From: Candidatus Micrarchaeota archaeon
GTDB lineage: Archaea > Micrarchaeota > Micrarchaeia > Anstonellales > Bilamarchaeaceae
Assembly: GCA_016935455.1 (NCBI GenBank)
Contig: JAFGQX010000061.1
Location: forward strand, 1 to 41,684
Direction of reading: 5' to 3'
Length of the DNA: 41,684 nucleotides
A program made the translations under genes and the position numbers. How positions within the stretch are numbered: the stretch's first letter is position 1; every line of letters starts with the position of its first letter. Below the pieces are notes generated by a model. It had not been told where the DNA came from. It ran no database searches and saw nothing but the letters and a program-made list of their open reading frames with translations. Positions 27,260-36,097 of the stretch are shown piece after piece.

Positions 27260-28279
27260 CTATTTTACAGTGTCCAGAAACTCATCTTCTATTCCTACCA
27301 CTGTAAGTTTTCTGCAGACTGCGTTTATTCCTAAAATCTCTGAAAAATTAGGTTTTGTTCTTCCTTCATCCCCATTGATGAGCTCTTTTATGTAGGTCCC
27401 TGGCTCCGTTCTTATTTCGCATTCAAATGTTTTTTTCCCAATCCCAGTTATTTTAATTCCCAGTATTTTTCTTTTCCTTTCAATTAATGCCCTCCTATGC
27501 GCAACCCTTTTTGGAGTAAACTGAAGAACCTCTCTTCCCTTAAGCTCCTCAAGCCTTTTAATACTCTCTTCATCAGCTTCAGCTTCCAGTTCTACCTCAG
27601 CGAGATAGCTTTTGTTGAAATGAGAATTCGCAACAAGCTCTACCCACCCCCGGTTAACATTTCTAAGGCTTTTTAGCCTGGTTTCCCCTAAATCCTCCAT
27701 CTCTTTAAATTTGATATCTCTCTTTTTGGGGTTTGTTATCTCCATAATAAAAGGCCTTCCTGCATAATTTTCAACATCAACGTCCTCCCTTCCAGAGGCG
27801 TGGAGGGAATAATCCCCGCACCCAGTCTGTTTTCTAACTGCTTCACCGATTATCTCTTCTATTGATTCGTACATCTTTCCCCTTCCCGAACACCTCGTGC
27901 ATCCCTTGCCACCGCAGTGCCTGCACATCCATCTGCTCTGGGAGAGCATCCTGCTGTGCTTCATATATCTTCCAAAAATAAACATCGGTTCATTGGAAAT
28001 GCTGTAAGTATAATTCCTCAGATTGTAGGTAATCCTTATATCTGCATTATTGACATCATAGTCCATTTTTGTTTTCTCGATTATTTTTCCGGCAATTTCC
28101 CTGTTGGTTCTCCCTTTAATTGATTCCTCATCGGGTTTCCCGTCCCATTTTTTTTCCTCAAGAATAATTTCTTTTTTTGGAATCACTGTGGAGATACAAA
28201 AGGATTTTGCACTGGTTTTTTTAATCTCTGGAATGGAATCCTCTACTGCCTTATTTAGCCTGTTTAGTTCAATATTCAT
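27260..28279 (-). CDS. pus10: tRNA pseudouridine synthase Pus10
   Basis: Zinc-ribbon CRHCGGKGCTRCSGRG, GREDVDVENYAGRPFIME, YIKELINGDEGRTKPNFSEILG. At 339 aa it is shorter at the N-terminus than the Pus10 proteins I recall. Confidence 0.85.
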   Translation of the reverse strand: MNIELNRLNKAVEDSIPEIKKTSAKSFCISTVIPKKEIILEEKKWDGKPDEESIKGRTNREIAGKIIEKTKMDYDVNNADIRITYNLRNYTYSISNEPMFIFGRYMKHSRMLSQSRWMCRHCGGKGCTRCSGRGKMYESIEEIIGEAVRKQTGCGDYSLHASGREDVDVENYAGRPFIMEITNPKKRDIKFKEMEDLGETRLKSLRNVNRGWVELVANSHFNKSYLAEVELEAEADEESIKRLEELKGREVLQFTPKRVAHRRALIERKRKILGIKITGIGKKTFECEIRTEPGTYIKELINGDEGRTKPNFSEILGINAVCRKLTVVGIEDEFLDTVK

Positions 28280-28309
28280 AATAAAATAAGAAAGAAAAAA
28301 GAAAAAAAC

Positions 28310-28996
28310 CTATTTTTTAAGGAAAAGGAAATAAGCCAGAATAACAATCAACAGGATTACTATCCCGCCTACGACCATCATGTCCATTTCTTCAGACACA
28401 ACAACAATTTCTTTTCCGTCTTCCATCATATCAAGCATGTCGAATTTTGCCGAAGTTCCGTCCTCGCTTATTATCCCGCCGTTCGCAGAAATTATTTTTC
28501 CAGGCATATAAACGGTGTAGGTAAGGTTCATTCCAAACTGCTTGTAATTGGCAGCCATCGCTTTTGCTTCGGAACCTGTGAGTTTTATTTCTGTTTCTTC
28601 TCCCAAAACTTCAGCCTCACCCATTGATTCTTCAGTTGAGGTGTCCATCCTTGGTGCGCTTTTCACTGTTAATGTATATTTTTTATTTAGTATGTCCCCG
28701 CCGGTTTCAAAAATATAATGTCCGTCTCCAGGAGTAAATGTTTTTTCAAAGTACACTATTCCCTTGACATCATACTCACATTTAAGCTCAGGGTCTTTTG
28801 CAGTTGAGTTTGCACACATCTGCTGCAGGGTGCTTTCAATCTGCTCTTCTTCAAGACTTCCCAGCACTCCGCTCATGTCAAATTTCTGCACTACTAGTGC
28901 GCTTCCGTCTCTTTCCTGATAATGGGAATACTCATTAGAAATACATCCAAACATTAATATCAATAAAGCAAGCATTGCGAAAAGTATCTTTTTCAC
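28310..28996 (-). CDS. Envelope protein with lipobox-like signal peptide and C-terminal TM anchor; paralog of 1235..1951
   Basis: MKKILFAMLALLILMFGC at the N-terminus, C-terminal TM MVVGGIVILLIVILAYFLFL+KK. Motifs shared with the 238-aa ORF at 1235. Confidence 0.6.
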   Translation of the reverse strand: MKKILFAMLALLILMFGCISNEYSHYQERDGSALVVQKFDMSGVLGSLEEEQIESTLQQMCANSTAKDPELKCEYDVKGIVYFEKTFTPGDGHYIFETGGDILNKKYTLTVKSAPRMDTSTEESMGEAEVLGEETEIKLTGSEAKAMAANYKQFGMNLTYTVYMPGKIISANGGIISEDGTSAKFDMLDMMEDGKEIVVVSEEMDMMVVGGIVILLIVILAYFLFLKK

Positions 28997-29020
28997 AGAA
29001 TCACCGATTCTTTTTCAACT

Positions 29021-31603
29021 TCAATGTTTTAAAATGGTTGTATTACCCAGCCTTTTTTTAATTTCATAAACTGCAATAATCACAAATCCTGTTCCGGTTA
29101 TCAGCATCCAGTCCTGCAGTGAAAGCGGAACAGTCTGGAAAAGTTCGTTTAGATGATAAACAACTGCCAGTTGAAGCCCTACTGAGAGTGCAATTGCCCC
29201 CCAGAGGTATCTGTTCTCAAAAAGCTTTCTGCTGAATATGCTGTTGTCCCCCAGTTTGTAATTTACTGCATTAAAAAGCTGGAACATAACCAGTGTTGTG
29301 AATGCAACTGTTCTTGCATAGTCAATTCCATATTTCCCATCATATACAAAATAAAGACTAAGCACCCCGATAGTGATTATCCCGCCCTGCACAAGCAGGT
29401 CCTGCAGGTCCTTTCCATTCACTATCTTCTCTTTTTTGCTCCTGGGGTTCTTTTTCATAATATTCTCGTCGGGCCTTTCCAGTCCGAGTGCAAGAGCCGG
29501 GAATCCGTCTGTAAGGAGATTTACCCATAATATTTGTATTGCGAGAAGAGGTGTCGACCACCCAAGCACAAGGGCAAGAAGGATAACCATCACCTCTCCA
29601 AGATTGCATGAGAAAAGATATTTTACAAATTTCTTTATATTGTCATAAATCCCTCTTCCTTCTCTTACAGCCTCCACAATTGAAACGAAATTGTCATCAA
29701 GAAGAATCATATCCGAAGCTTCCTTTGCAACATCAGTTCCGGAACCTACCGATGTTCCTATATCCGACATCTTAAGAGCCGGGGCATCATTCACACCATC
29801 CCCCGTCATTGCAACTACTTTTCCCCTTGCTTTCCACGCCTTAAGAATTTTTACCTTATGCTCGGGGCTTACTCTTGCGTATATCCCCACTTCATCCACC
29901 ATTTTTTTCAGATCCTCTTCAGTTATAGATTCAAGCTGTTTTCCAGTCATTACTTTTCCTTCTATCCCAAGCTCCTTTCCAATTTCCCTTGCAGTTATTT
30001 CATAATCCCCGGTTATCATAACTACTTTTATTCCTGCATTTTTGCATGCATTAATCGCTTCCCTTACACCGTCCCTTGGGGGATCTATCATCCCCATTAG
30101 TCCCAGGAACCTGAATTTTTCCCCTTTCCCTTTCGGGTCATACGCAAATCCGATTACTCTGAGCGCTTCACCTGCCATTCTTTCATATTCTTTTTTAATC
30201 CGGCTTTTCTCTTTTTTCCCCATCTTCAAAACCTTCCCGCCGTATTCCACTTCACTGCACATCTCCAGCACCACTTCTGGGGCTCCCTTGAGATATGCAT
30301 GCACATTTCTGTTAATCCGGTTAAAGGTAATCATATGCTTTTTCTCTGAGGAAAAAGGAATCTCTCTTATTCTCTCATAATCTCTGCTTGCATTTGCTTT
30401 TATAGCAGCTACAAGAAGCGCCTTTTCAGTGGGGTCTGAAGGCCCTTCAATACTTGCATTGTTGCAGAGTGCAGCGGCTTCAAAAAGATTTTTGAATTCC
30501 TGTGTATCCACCTTCCCCCCTGCAGATGAAAATTCTCCTTCAAGTTCTACACCCTTCCCGCTTACCTTTATCTCTTCCCCGGCAAAAATATCTGTTACAG
30601 TCATCTGATTCATGGTAAGTGTTCCTGTTTTGTCCGAACAGATAACACTTGTACTTCCGAGCGTTTCAACCGCAGGAAGTCTCCGTATAAGAGAATTCTT
30701 TTTAAGCATCCTTTGGGTCCCAAGCGCCAGCGTTATCGTAACCACGGCAGGAAGCCCCTCCGGTATCGCCGCAACCGCAAGTGCAACAGCAGTTATAAGG
30801 GAGTTTATGATCTCCCCTTCAAGATAAAATTCAAGCCCGAATATGACTGCACATATCGCCAGCGTTGCGATGGTTATGAATTTTCCGAGATGTTCAAGCT
30901 GTTCCTGCAGAGGAGTGAATTTCTCTTCCTTTTCCATTATTCCTGTTGCTATTTTCCCAAGCTCAGTATTGTTTCCGGTATTTGTAATTACTGCTCTCCC
31001 TCTTCCCCCTACGGTTACTGTTCCTGCAAAAACCATATTCCTTCTGTCTGAAACCATCGCACTTCTGTCTATCTGCCCGGTGATTTTATTTACAGGAAGA
31101 GATTCGCCAGTTAATATCGATTCATCAATTTTCATTTCAACTGATTCTATTACCCTCCCGTCCGCCGAAAGATAATCGCCTTCTTCAATAATGAGTATGT
31201 CCCCGGGAACAAGATACTTTGAATCAATTACTTCCACCTTTCCGTTCCTCAAAACTTTTGCCTTCGGGCTTGAAAACTCTCTGAGAGCTTCTATTGCCTT
31301 CTCAGCTTTATACTCCTGAAAAAAACCAAGAGCCACATTAAGAATTATTATCGCCCCTATGACAACAGCATCAGTAATTTCCCCCAAAAGTGCAGATACG
31401 GCCGCTGCACCGACAAGAACATAAACAATAAAATTTGCAAACTGATTCACAAAAACAGAAAGCGCAGAGATTCCCTTTTTTTTCCGGAATTCATTTTCCC
31501 CGTATTTTTCAAGTCTTTTTTTGGCCTCTTCATTCGTCAGTCCTTTTCCATCTGTTTCAAGAAACTCCAGAACCTGTTCTTTTGTTTTTGAATGAAAGTC
31601 CAT
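29021..31603 (-). CDS. P-type cation-transporting ATPase (P2/Ca2+-ATPase-like)
   Basis: [16 protein letters not shown] (TM4), [19 protein letters not shown] and [12 protein letters not shown] motifs. 860 aa. Confidence 0.9.
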   Translation of the reverse strand: MDFHSKTKEQVLEFLETDGKGLTNEEAKKRLEKYGENEFRKKKGISALSVFVNQFANFIVYVLVGAAAVSALLGEITDAVVIGAIIILNVALGFFQEYKAEKAIEALREFSSPKAKVLRNGKVEVIDSKYLVPGDILIIEEGDYLSADGRVIESVEMKIDESILTGESLPVNKITGQIDRSAMVSDRRNMVFAGTVTVGGRGRAVITNTGNNTELGKIATGIMEKEEKFTPLQEQLEHLGKFITIATLAICAVIFGLEFYLEGEIINSLITAVALAVAAIPEGLPAVVTITLALGTQRMLKKNSLIRRLPAVETLGSTSVICSDKTGTLTMNQMTVTDIFAGEEIKVSGKGVELEGEFSSAGGKVDTQEFKNLFEAAALCNNASIEGPSDPTEKALLVAAIKANASRDYERIREIPFSSEKKHMITFNRINRNVHAYLKGAPEVVLEMCSEVEYGGKVLKMGKKEKSRIKKEYERMAGEALRVIGFAYDPKGKGEKFRFLGLMGMIDPPRDGVREAINACKNAGIKVVMITGDYEITAREIGKELGIEGKVMTGKQLESITEEDLKKMVDEVGIYARVSPEHKVKILKAWKARGKVVAMTGDGVNDAPALKMSDIGTSVGSGTDVAKEASDMILLDDNFVSIVEAVREGRGIYDNIKKFVKYLFSCNLGEVMVILLALVLGWSTPLLAIQILWVNLLTDGFPALALGLERPDENIMKKNPRSKKEKIVNGKDLQDLLVQGGIITIGVLSLYFVYDGKYGIDYARTVAFTTLVMFQLFNAVNYKLGDNSIFSRKLFENRYLWGAIALSVGLQLAVVYHLNELFQTVPLSLQDWMLITGTGFVIIAVYEIKKRLGNTTILKH

Positions 31604-31698
31604 ACCTAAGAATTCAGCTTCTGAATTTTAATATTTTTACTTATTTTTTCATCTAATTTTAAAATTTCTTTTTTTGTTTTCAGAGGTAAAACTGTGTA

Positions 31699-31732
31699 CA
31701 GGGATGATTTCGTGCCTTCCCTGAATTTTTTT
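31699..31732 (+). terminator. Hairpin CAGGGA-N13-TCCCTG followed by a T7 run, with no upstream plus-strand gene
   Basis: 6-bp stem at 31699-31704/31718-31723, then AATTTTTTT. It lies upstream of the TATA-like box (TTTATTTTTAAAC, ~31791) of the 31835 gene. Confidence 0.3.
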
Positions 31733-31834
31733 CTTTAAATTTTTTTCCCGCTGGCCGCTGTTTTTCAGACGTAAAAATTCTGCCCGGGCATTTATTTTTA
31801 AACTTAACCCCGCTTTTTAATTTGAAGATGTAAA

Positions 31835-32248
31835 ATGAAGAAACTCGAACATCTACATTTGACCGTAAATGCGGTTGTCGGCTCTAATTTAAAAGAACTT
31901 AAAAAGGAAGAAGCAAAAGCCTTCCTGAACGAGCTCTTGGTAATCTCGGATATGAAGCCTCTCGGCGATATGCAGTGGGCCGAGGCAGAAGACCTTGATT
32001 TTCCAGGACAGAGTTTTGTTCAGATGATAACTACCAGCCACTGCTCCCTGCATTTCTTTTCTGAGACAAACGAAATTTATTTTGACCTTTATTCTTGCAA
32101 GGCTTTTGAATACGAAAGAGTTGTCAACCTTCTTGAAAAAACATTCCAGATTAAATCCTGGACCGGTATTATGTACTCCCGTGCGATAGGGGAGGCTCCG
32201 GTAGTTAAGAAGGTTGGTTCGGAACCGGTAACTGCTAAAGCTGTATAG
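31835..32248 (+). CDS. S-adenosylmethionine decarboxylase-like (SpeH-type pyruvoyl enzyme fold) protein with an altered processing motif
   Basis: GQSFVQMITTSHCSLHFFSETNEIYFDLYSC aligns by eye with the G-S-G-V-x-I-x-ESH-x-x-x-HT-x-PE...D-x-F-x-C core. The Glu-Ser cleavage pair reads Thr-Ser and HTxPE reads HFFSE. Confidence 0.5.
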   Translation: MKKLEHLHLTVNAVVGSNLKELKKEEAKAFLNELLVISDMKPLGDMQWAEAEDLDFPGQSFVQMITTSHCSLHFFSETNEIYFDLYSCKAFEYERVVNLLEKTFQIKSWTGIMYSRAIGEAPVVKKVGSEPVTAKAV

Positions 32249-32268
32249 CACTCTTTTATTTTTTCTTC

Positions 32269-33204
32269 TTATTTAAATTTTCCAAGAAGGAACAGCATTA
32301 CTGCTTTCTGTGCGTGGAGCCTGTTTTCAGCTTCATCAAAAACCACGCTTTGGGGCCCGTCTATCACTTCTGCAGTCTGTTCCATCCCCCTCATTGCAGG
32401 AAGACAGTTCATAAATATGGCATCCGGCTTTGCCCTGTCCATTAATTCCCTGTTTACCTGATATGGCATAAGCGTTTTCATCCTTTCTTCCTTCTCTTCA
32501 GCCTTGATATGGTAGCTCATCCATGAATCAGTGTAAACAACATCCGCATCTTTCACAGCTTCTTCTGCATTATGCGTTATGGTTACGCTTCCACCCGTTT
32601 CCTCGGCTATTTTTTTTCCTTCATCGACAACTTTTTTCTGAGGCATAAAAACTTCCCCTTTGGGGCATCCCACAGAAATATTCATCCCTACTTTTGTGCA
32701 TCCGCAGATAAGCGAGTGAGTCACATTATTGTTTGAATCCCCAAGATATGCAAGCTTCAGCCCCATAAGCTCCCCTTTCTTTTCCTTTATTGTCTGCAGG
32801 TCTGCAACTATCTGGCAGGGGTGCGAGAAATTAGTAAGTGCATTTATCACAGGAACATCCGAGTTTTCCGCATATTCTTCTATATCACTGTGTTCAAACA
32901 GCCTTGCCATCACGATATCCACATATCTTGATGATGTTTTTGCAGTGTCGCCTATCGTCTCTTTTTTCCCCATCGGCGAAGTTGAAATATCATAATATAT
33001 GCCGTGTCCGCCCAGCTGGGTTATTCCAACCTCAAAAGAAACCCTTGTCCTGAGCGAAGGTTTTGCAAATATCATCAGGAGTGTTTTGTCTTTCAGCTCT
33101 CCCGAGTACTTTCCCGGATTCTTTTTAATCTCGTCAGCCCAGTTTAAAATATTCTTTAGTTCCTCATTTGTCACATCATTTAAAGTTAAAAAATGCCTGG
33201 CCAT
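32269..33204 (-). CDS. Ornithine carbamoyltransferase-family enzyme with an atypical substrate loop
   Basis: PSLRTRVSFE, HPCQIVADL, FMNCLPAMRG and FDEAENRLHAQKAVM fit the OTCase family. The DxxxSMG ornithine loop reads DSWMSYH and the first motif is SLRTR, not STRTR. Confidence 0.7.
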   Translation of the reverse strand: MARHFLTLNDVTNEELKNILNWADEIKKNPGKYSGELKDKTLLMIFAKPSLRTRVSFEVGITQLGGHGIYYDISTSPMGKKETIGDTAKTSSRYVDIVMARLFEHSDIEEYAENSDVPVINALTNFSHPCQIVADLQTIKEKKGELMGLKLAYLGDSNNNVTHSLICGCTKVGMNISVGCPKGEVFMPQKKVVDEGKKIAEETGGSVTITHNAEEAVKDADVVYTDSWMSYHIKAEEKEERMKTLMPYQVNRELMDRAKPDAIFMNCLPAMRGMEQTAEVIDGPQSVVFDEAENRLHAQKAVMLFLLGKFK

Positions 33205-33265
33205 ATTTCCACCTTCAAAGACTTTAATCGCAAATAAATAAAAATTATCAAGTAATTATACTTTT

Positions 33266-33724
33266 ATGATTTCAAAGAAATTTTTAATCCTGCTGTTTGT
33301 TATTCCTCTATTATTTGCAGATATAGGACCTTCACCCCCTTCCCCGGAAATTAGCGTGCTCCTTGAACTTGAAGGAAATCCATTTACTGAGGACATCCCT
33401 CTTGAATACCACTGTTCCCAGAACCACGAAGTTTCCGGTTCAATTATCGGGCAGAGAACAGTTCCGTTCAGCTGTTCAGAAGGCGCCTGCACAAGCGAAG
33501 GGTGGTTTTACAAGTTAAACCCCTGCTTTGAAGACAATGCTGGTTATTTCACATACATCTACAATAATAAAACATACACAACAGAGCCTTTTGGGGTTTC
33601 TTCCGGAGGAGTATATGAATTCACGATAGATGTTTCTACGGGAAGTTTCACCAAAAAATCATCGCTCGTATGCCCCTTCGCTCTTGCGGTTGTTCTTCTT
33701 GCTTTATTCGGTAGATTTGTATGA
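33266..33724 (+). CDS. Secreted Cys-rich protein with a short C-terminal hydrophobic tail
   Basis: Signal peptide MISKKFLILLFVIPLLFA, cysteines spread through the ectodomain, C-terminal CPFALAVVLLALFGRFV. Confidence 0.55.
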   Translation: MISKKFLILLFVIPLLFADIGPSPPSPEISVLLELEGNPFTEDIPLEYHCSQNHEVSGSIIGQRTVPFSCSEGACTSEGWFYKLNPCFEDNAGYFTYIYNNKTYTTEPFGVSSGGVYEFTIDVSTGSFTKKSSLVCPFALAVVLLALFGRFV

Positions 33725-34077
33725 TTGAATTTGCAGTTGCCCTAGTAATCACAGTTGCGCTTGAAATCCCAGTCATCTGGTTTCTTTTAAGAGACGAGTA
33801 TGATTTTATGCAGCTTGCTTCATTTATTTTTGCAGTAAATTTAGTCACCCTCTCAGTTCTCTGGTTTATTCTTCCCAATTACTTCCCGTATTTGGAAGCA
33901 CTGGTCATAGGTGAAGTCCTTGCAGTATTTATAGAATCAGTTTTTTACTCCTATATGCTTGCCCTTCATTTTGGAAGGGCGTTCTGGATTTCCTTTGCCG
34001 CAAACGTTTGGTCATTCCTTATAGGGGTAATCCTCATATGGCCTTTTTTTAATCTACTTCCAGCGATCTTACTTTAA
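33721..34077 (+). CDS. Small 4-TM membrane protein, function unknown
   Basis: 118 aa, four hydrophobic helices with conserved-looking charged residues (LEIP, GEVLAVFIES, HFGR). ATGA overlap with the upstream Cys-rich protein gene. Confidence 0.55.
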   Translation: MIEFAVALVITVALEIPVIWFLLRDEYDFMQLASFIFAVNLVTLSVLWFILPNYFPYLEALVIGEVLAVFIESVFYSYMLALHFGRAFWISFAANVWSFLIGVILIWPFFNLLPAILL

Positions 34078-35065
34078 TCCCAGCCTCTTTTAGAAGTTTA
34101 AATGGACTGTCCCCCATTGGATACTTTGAATTGTATACTACCTCTTCTATCCCGGAATTTATTATCATTCTTGTGCAGTATAAACACGGGCTGAATGTGG
34201 TATATATCGTTCCTCCTTTTACTGAAACTCCGTGGTATGCCGCCTGCACTATTGCATTCTCCTCTCCATGCGAGCAGAAACATTCATCCAGATTTTTTCC
34301 GCTTTCAGTGAAAGCATTGCATCTGGGGCATCCGCCTTCATTGCAGTTTTTCGTTCCTCTCGGAGTCCCGTTATATCCTGTTGAAATTATTCTTTTATCC
34401 TTTACAATCACGGCCGCCACTTTTCTTTTAATACAGTTGCTCCTTGACGCCACTTCCTTTGCAATGTTCATAAAATAGTTGTCCCATGTCGGCCTGTCAG
34501 GCCTGTACTGTTCGTTCAGTTCCCCGAGAAGATAGTCAACCCTTTCATAAAGCTCTTTTTTTGTTCCGTTATTTTCAAGTATCTTTACAGCCATTTTTGA
34601 GGTTTCCTGAAGATTCTGTTTGGTATTATCCGCGTTTTTCTCCTCAAGCTTTTCTATATGCAGAAACGCATCGTATGTTTTAGGGTCGCTTTCCCGCCCT
34701 CTTTCCTTCATTCTCTCAAATCTTACTTCAGGCTCTGCAGTTATATGAATCAGAAAGAAATTCTCAAGCTCCTGAAGCTCCTTCACTTCAAAAGGATTTC
34801 TTATAGAATCAACTACATAATTTCTGTCCTTTTCCATCTTTGCCTTTATTTTGGTTGCAAGAACCCCCGGCCCGAATTTTTTCCTTAAATCGTTCCCCTT
34901 CTCAATAAGGTTCTCCCTGGTAAGCATTCCGTTTTCCGCAACCAGTTCTTCCCGTATTATATCGCTTAAACTCAGATAATAGAATCCTTTCCTTGTGAGG
35001 TATTCTGCAGTTGTTCCCTTGCCTGCACAGTTTTTTCCGGTTAATCCGATAATCATAATTAGCAC
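34049..35065 (-). CDS. Fusion protein: P-loop nucleotide kinase-like domain + dCMP deaminase
   Basis: N-terminus IIGLTGKNCAGKGTT (P-loop; adenylate/dephospho-CoA-kinase-like layout). C-terminal half has WDNYFMNIAKEVASRSNC, CSHGEENAI and FSPCLYCTRMI (zinc-deaminase H/CxE...PCxxC). Confidence 0.8.
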   Translation of the reverse strand: MLIMIIGLTGKNCAGKGTTAEYLTRKGFYYLSLSDIIREELVAENGMLTRENLIEKGNDLRKKFGPGVLATKIKAKMEKDRNYVVDSIRNPFEVKELQELENFFLIHITAEPEVRFERMKERGRESDPKTYDAFLHIEKLEEKNADNTKQNLQETSKMAVKILENNGTKKELYERVDYLLGELNEQYRPDRPTWDNYFMNIAKEVASRSNCIKRKVAAVIVKDKRIISTGYNGTPRGTKNCNEGGCPRCNAFTESGKNLDECFCSHGEENAIVQAAYHGVSVKGGTIYTTFSPCLYCTRMIINSGIEEVVYNSKYPMGDSPFKLLKEAGIKVRSLEVD

Positions 35066-35145
35066 CTTTATCTGTAGGTATTTAGTAAATAATAAATATC
35101 TCCTGCTTAATAACCTTTAAAATATGTTTTTTACAACATCCCTAT

Positions 35146-36097
35146 ATGAACTCCAGGATAATTCTGGATAATGGAAAAACCAGAATATTTTACACCAAAA
35201 AAAATTTCAAAACCTCAAGAAACATCCAGCTTGAATATATCTTTGTGAACAGGGATTCTGAGAGGACACTGGTGTTTGTTTCCGGATGGGCTTTGAGGCA
35301 TTCCCAGTGGAAATCCCAGATGCATAAATTTCCCAGATACAACCTCCTCTTTTTTAACAACCGCGGACACGGCCTTACAGAAATGGGGAAATCAACCGCA
35401 AAAACGTATCTCGATGACTGCGCTTCGGATGCCTGTGACCTTGCACTCCATCTTGATCTTTCAAAGATAACACTTGTCGCCCATTCTATGGGAACCCTGA
35501 TAAGCACTATTTTTTGCGGTTAAGTACGCCAGTAGAATAAATGGAATGGCAATTGATTCAATGGTGCTGGTTACCCCCGCAGTATGCAATCCCCTCAAAA
35601 CCTTTCCGTACGGCTCAGTTGTACAGCCGTTTATCCTTCCAGTTGAATTTATGCTGATGAACGGCCTTTTAAATTCAGTTATTCGTTTTTATCTGAACAA
35701 CCTGAGAACTGATTTTTTCTTAAATCCAGTATACCACTATTTCAAAAAAATTACCGGGAGCGGCGTTCCCTATTCCAGCTTTAAAAAATACCTTGGATCT
35801 GTTGTAGATATAAATTCAGAAACCTTTGTTATGGCTTTTAAGGCAATGGTTGAAAAAGGAGACGAGATAGGAGAAATGATGGACATGATTGATGTTCCTG
35901 TTTTTGCTGTGATAGGAAAAAATGATTTTCTTGTAGGCCCCGGGGTTTCCCAGATTCTTAAAGAAAGACTCCGCTTTCTTGAAATGAGCGAATTTGATAA
36001 TGCAACCCATTTCCCGCAGGCTGAACGCCCGGATTTTTTTAATTACTTATTGGGTGGTTTTGTAGACTGTATTGATTCAGGAAACTGCTCAATTTAA
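35146..36097 (+). pseudogene. Alpha/beta-fold hydrolase split by a frameshift in a T6 run
   Basis: ORF 35146..35523 carries VFVSGW, NNRGHG and the nucleophile elbow AHSMG. The next frame is open from 35504 and continues the fold (FFAVKYASRINGMAIDSMVLV ... GKNDFLV ... NATHFPQAERP). The frames switch at TTTTTT, 35510-35515. Confidence 0.7.
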
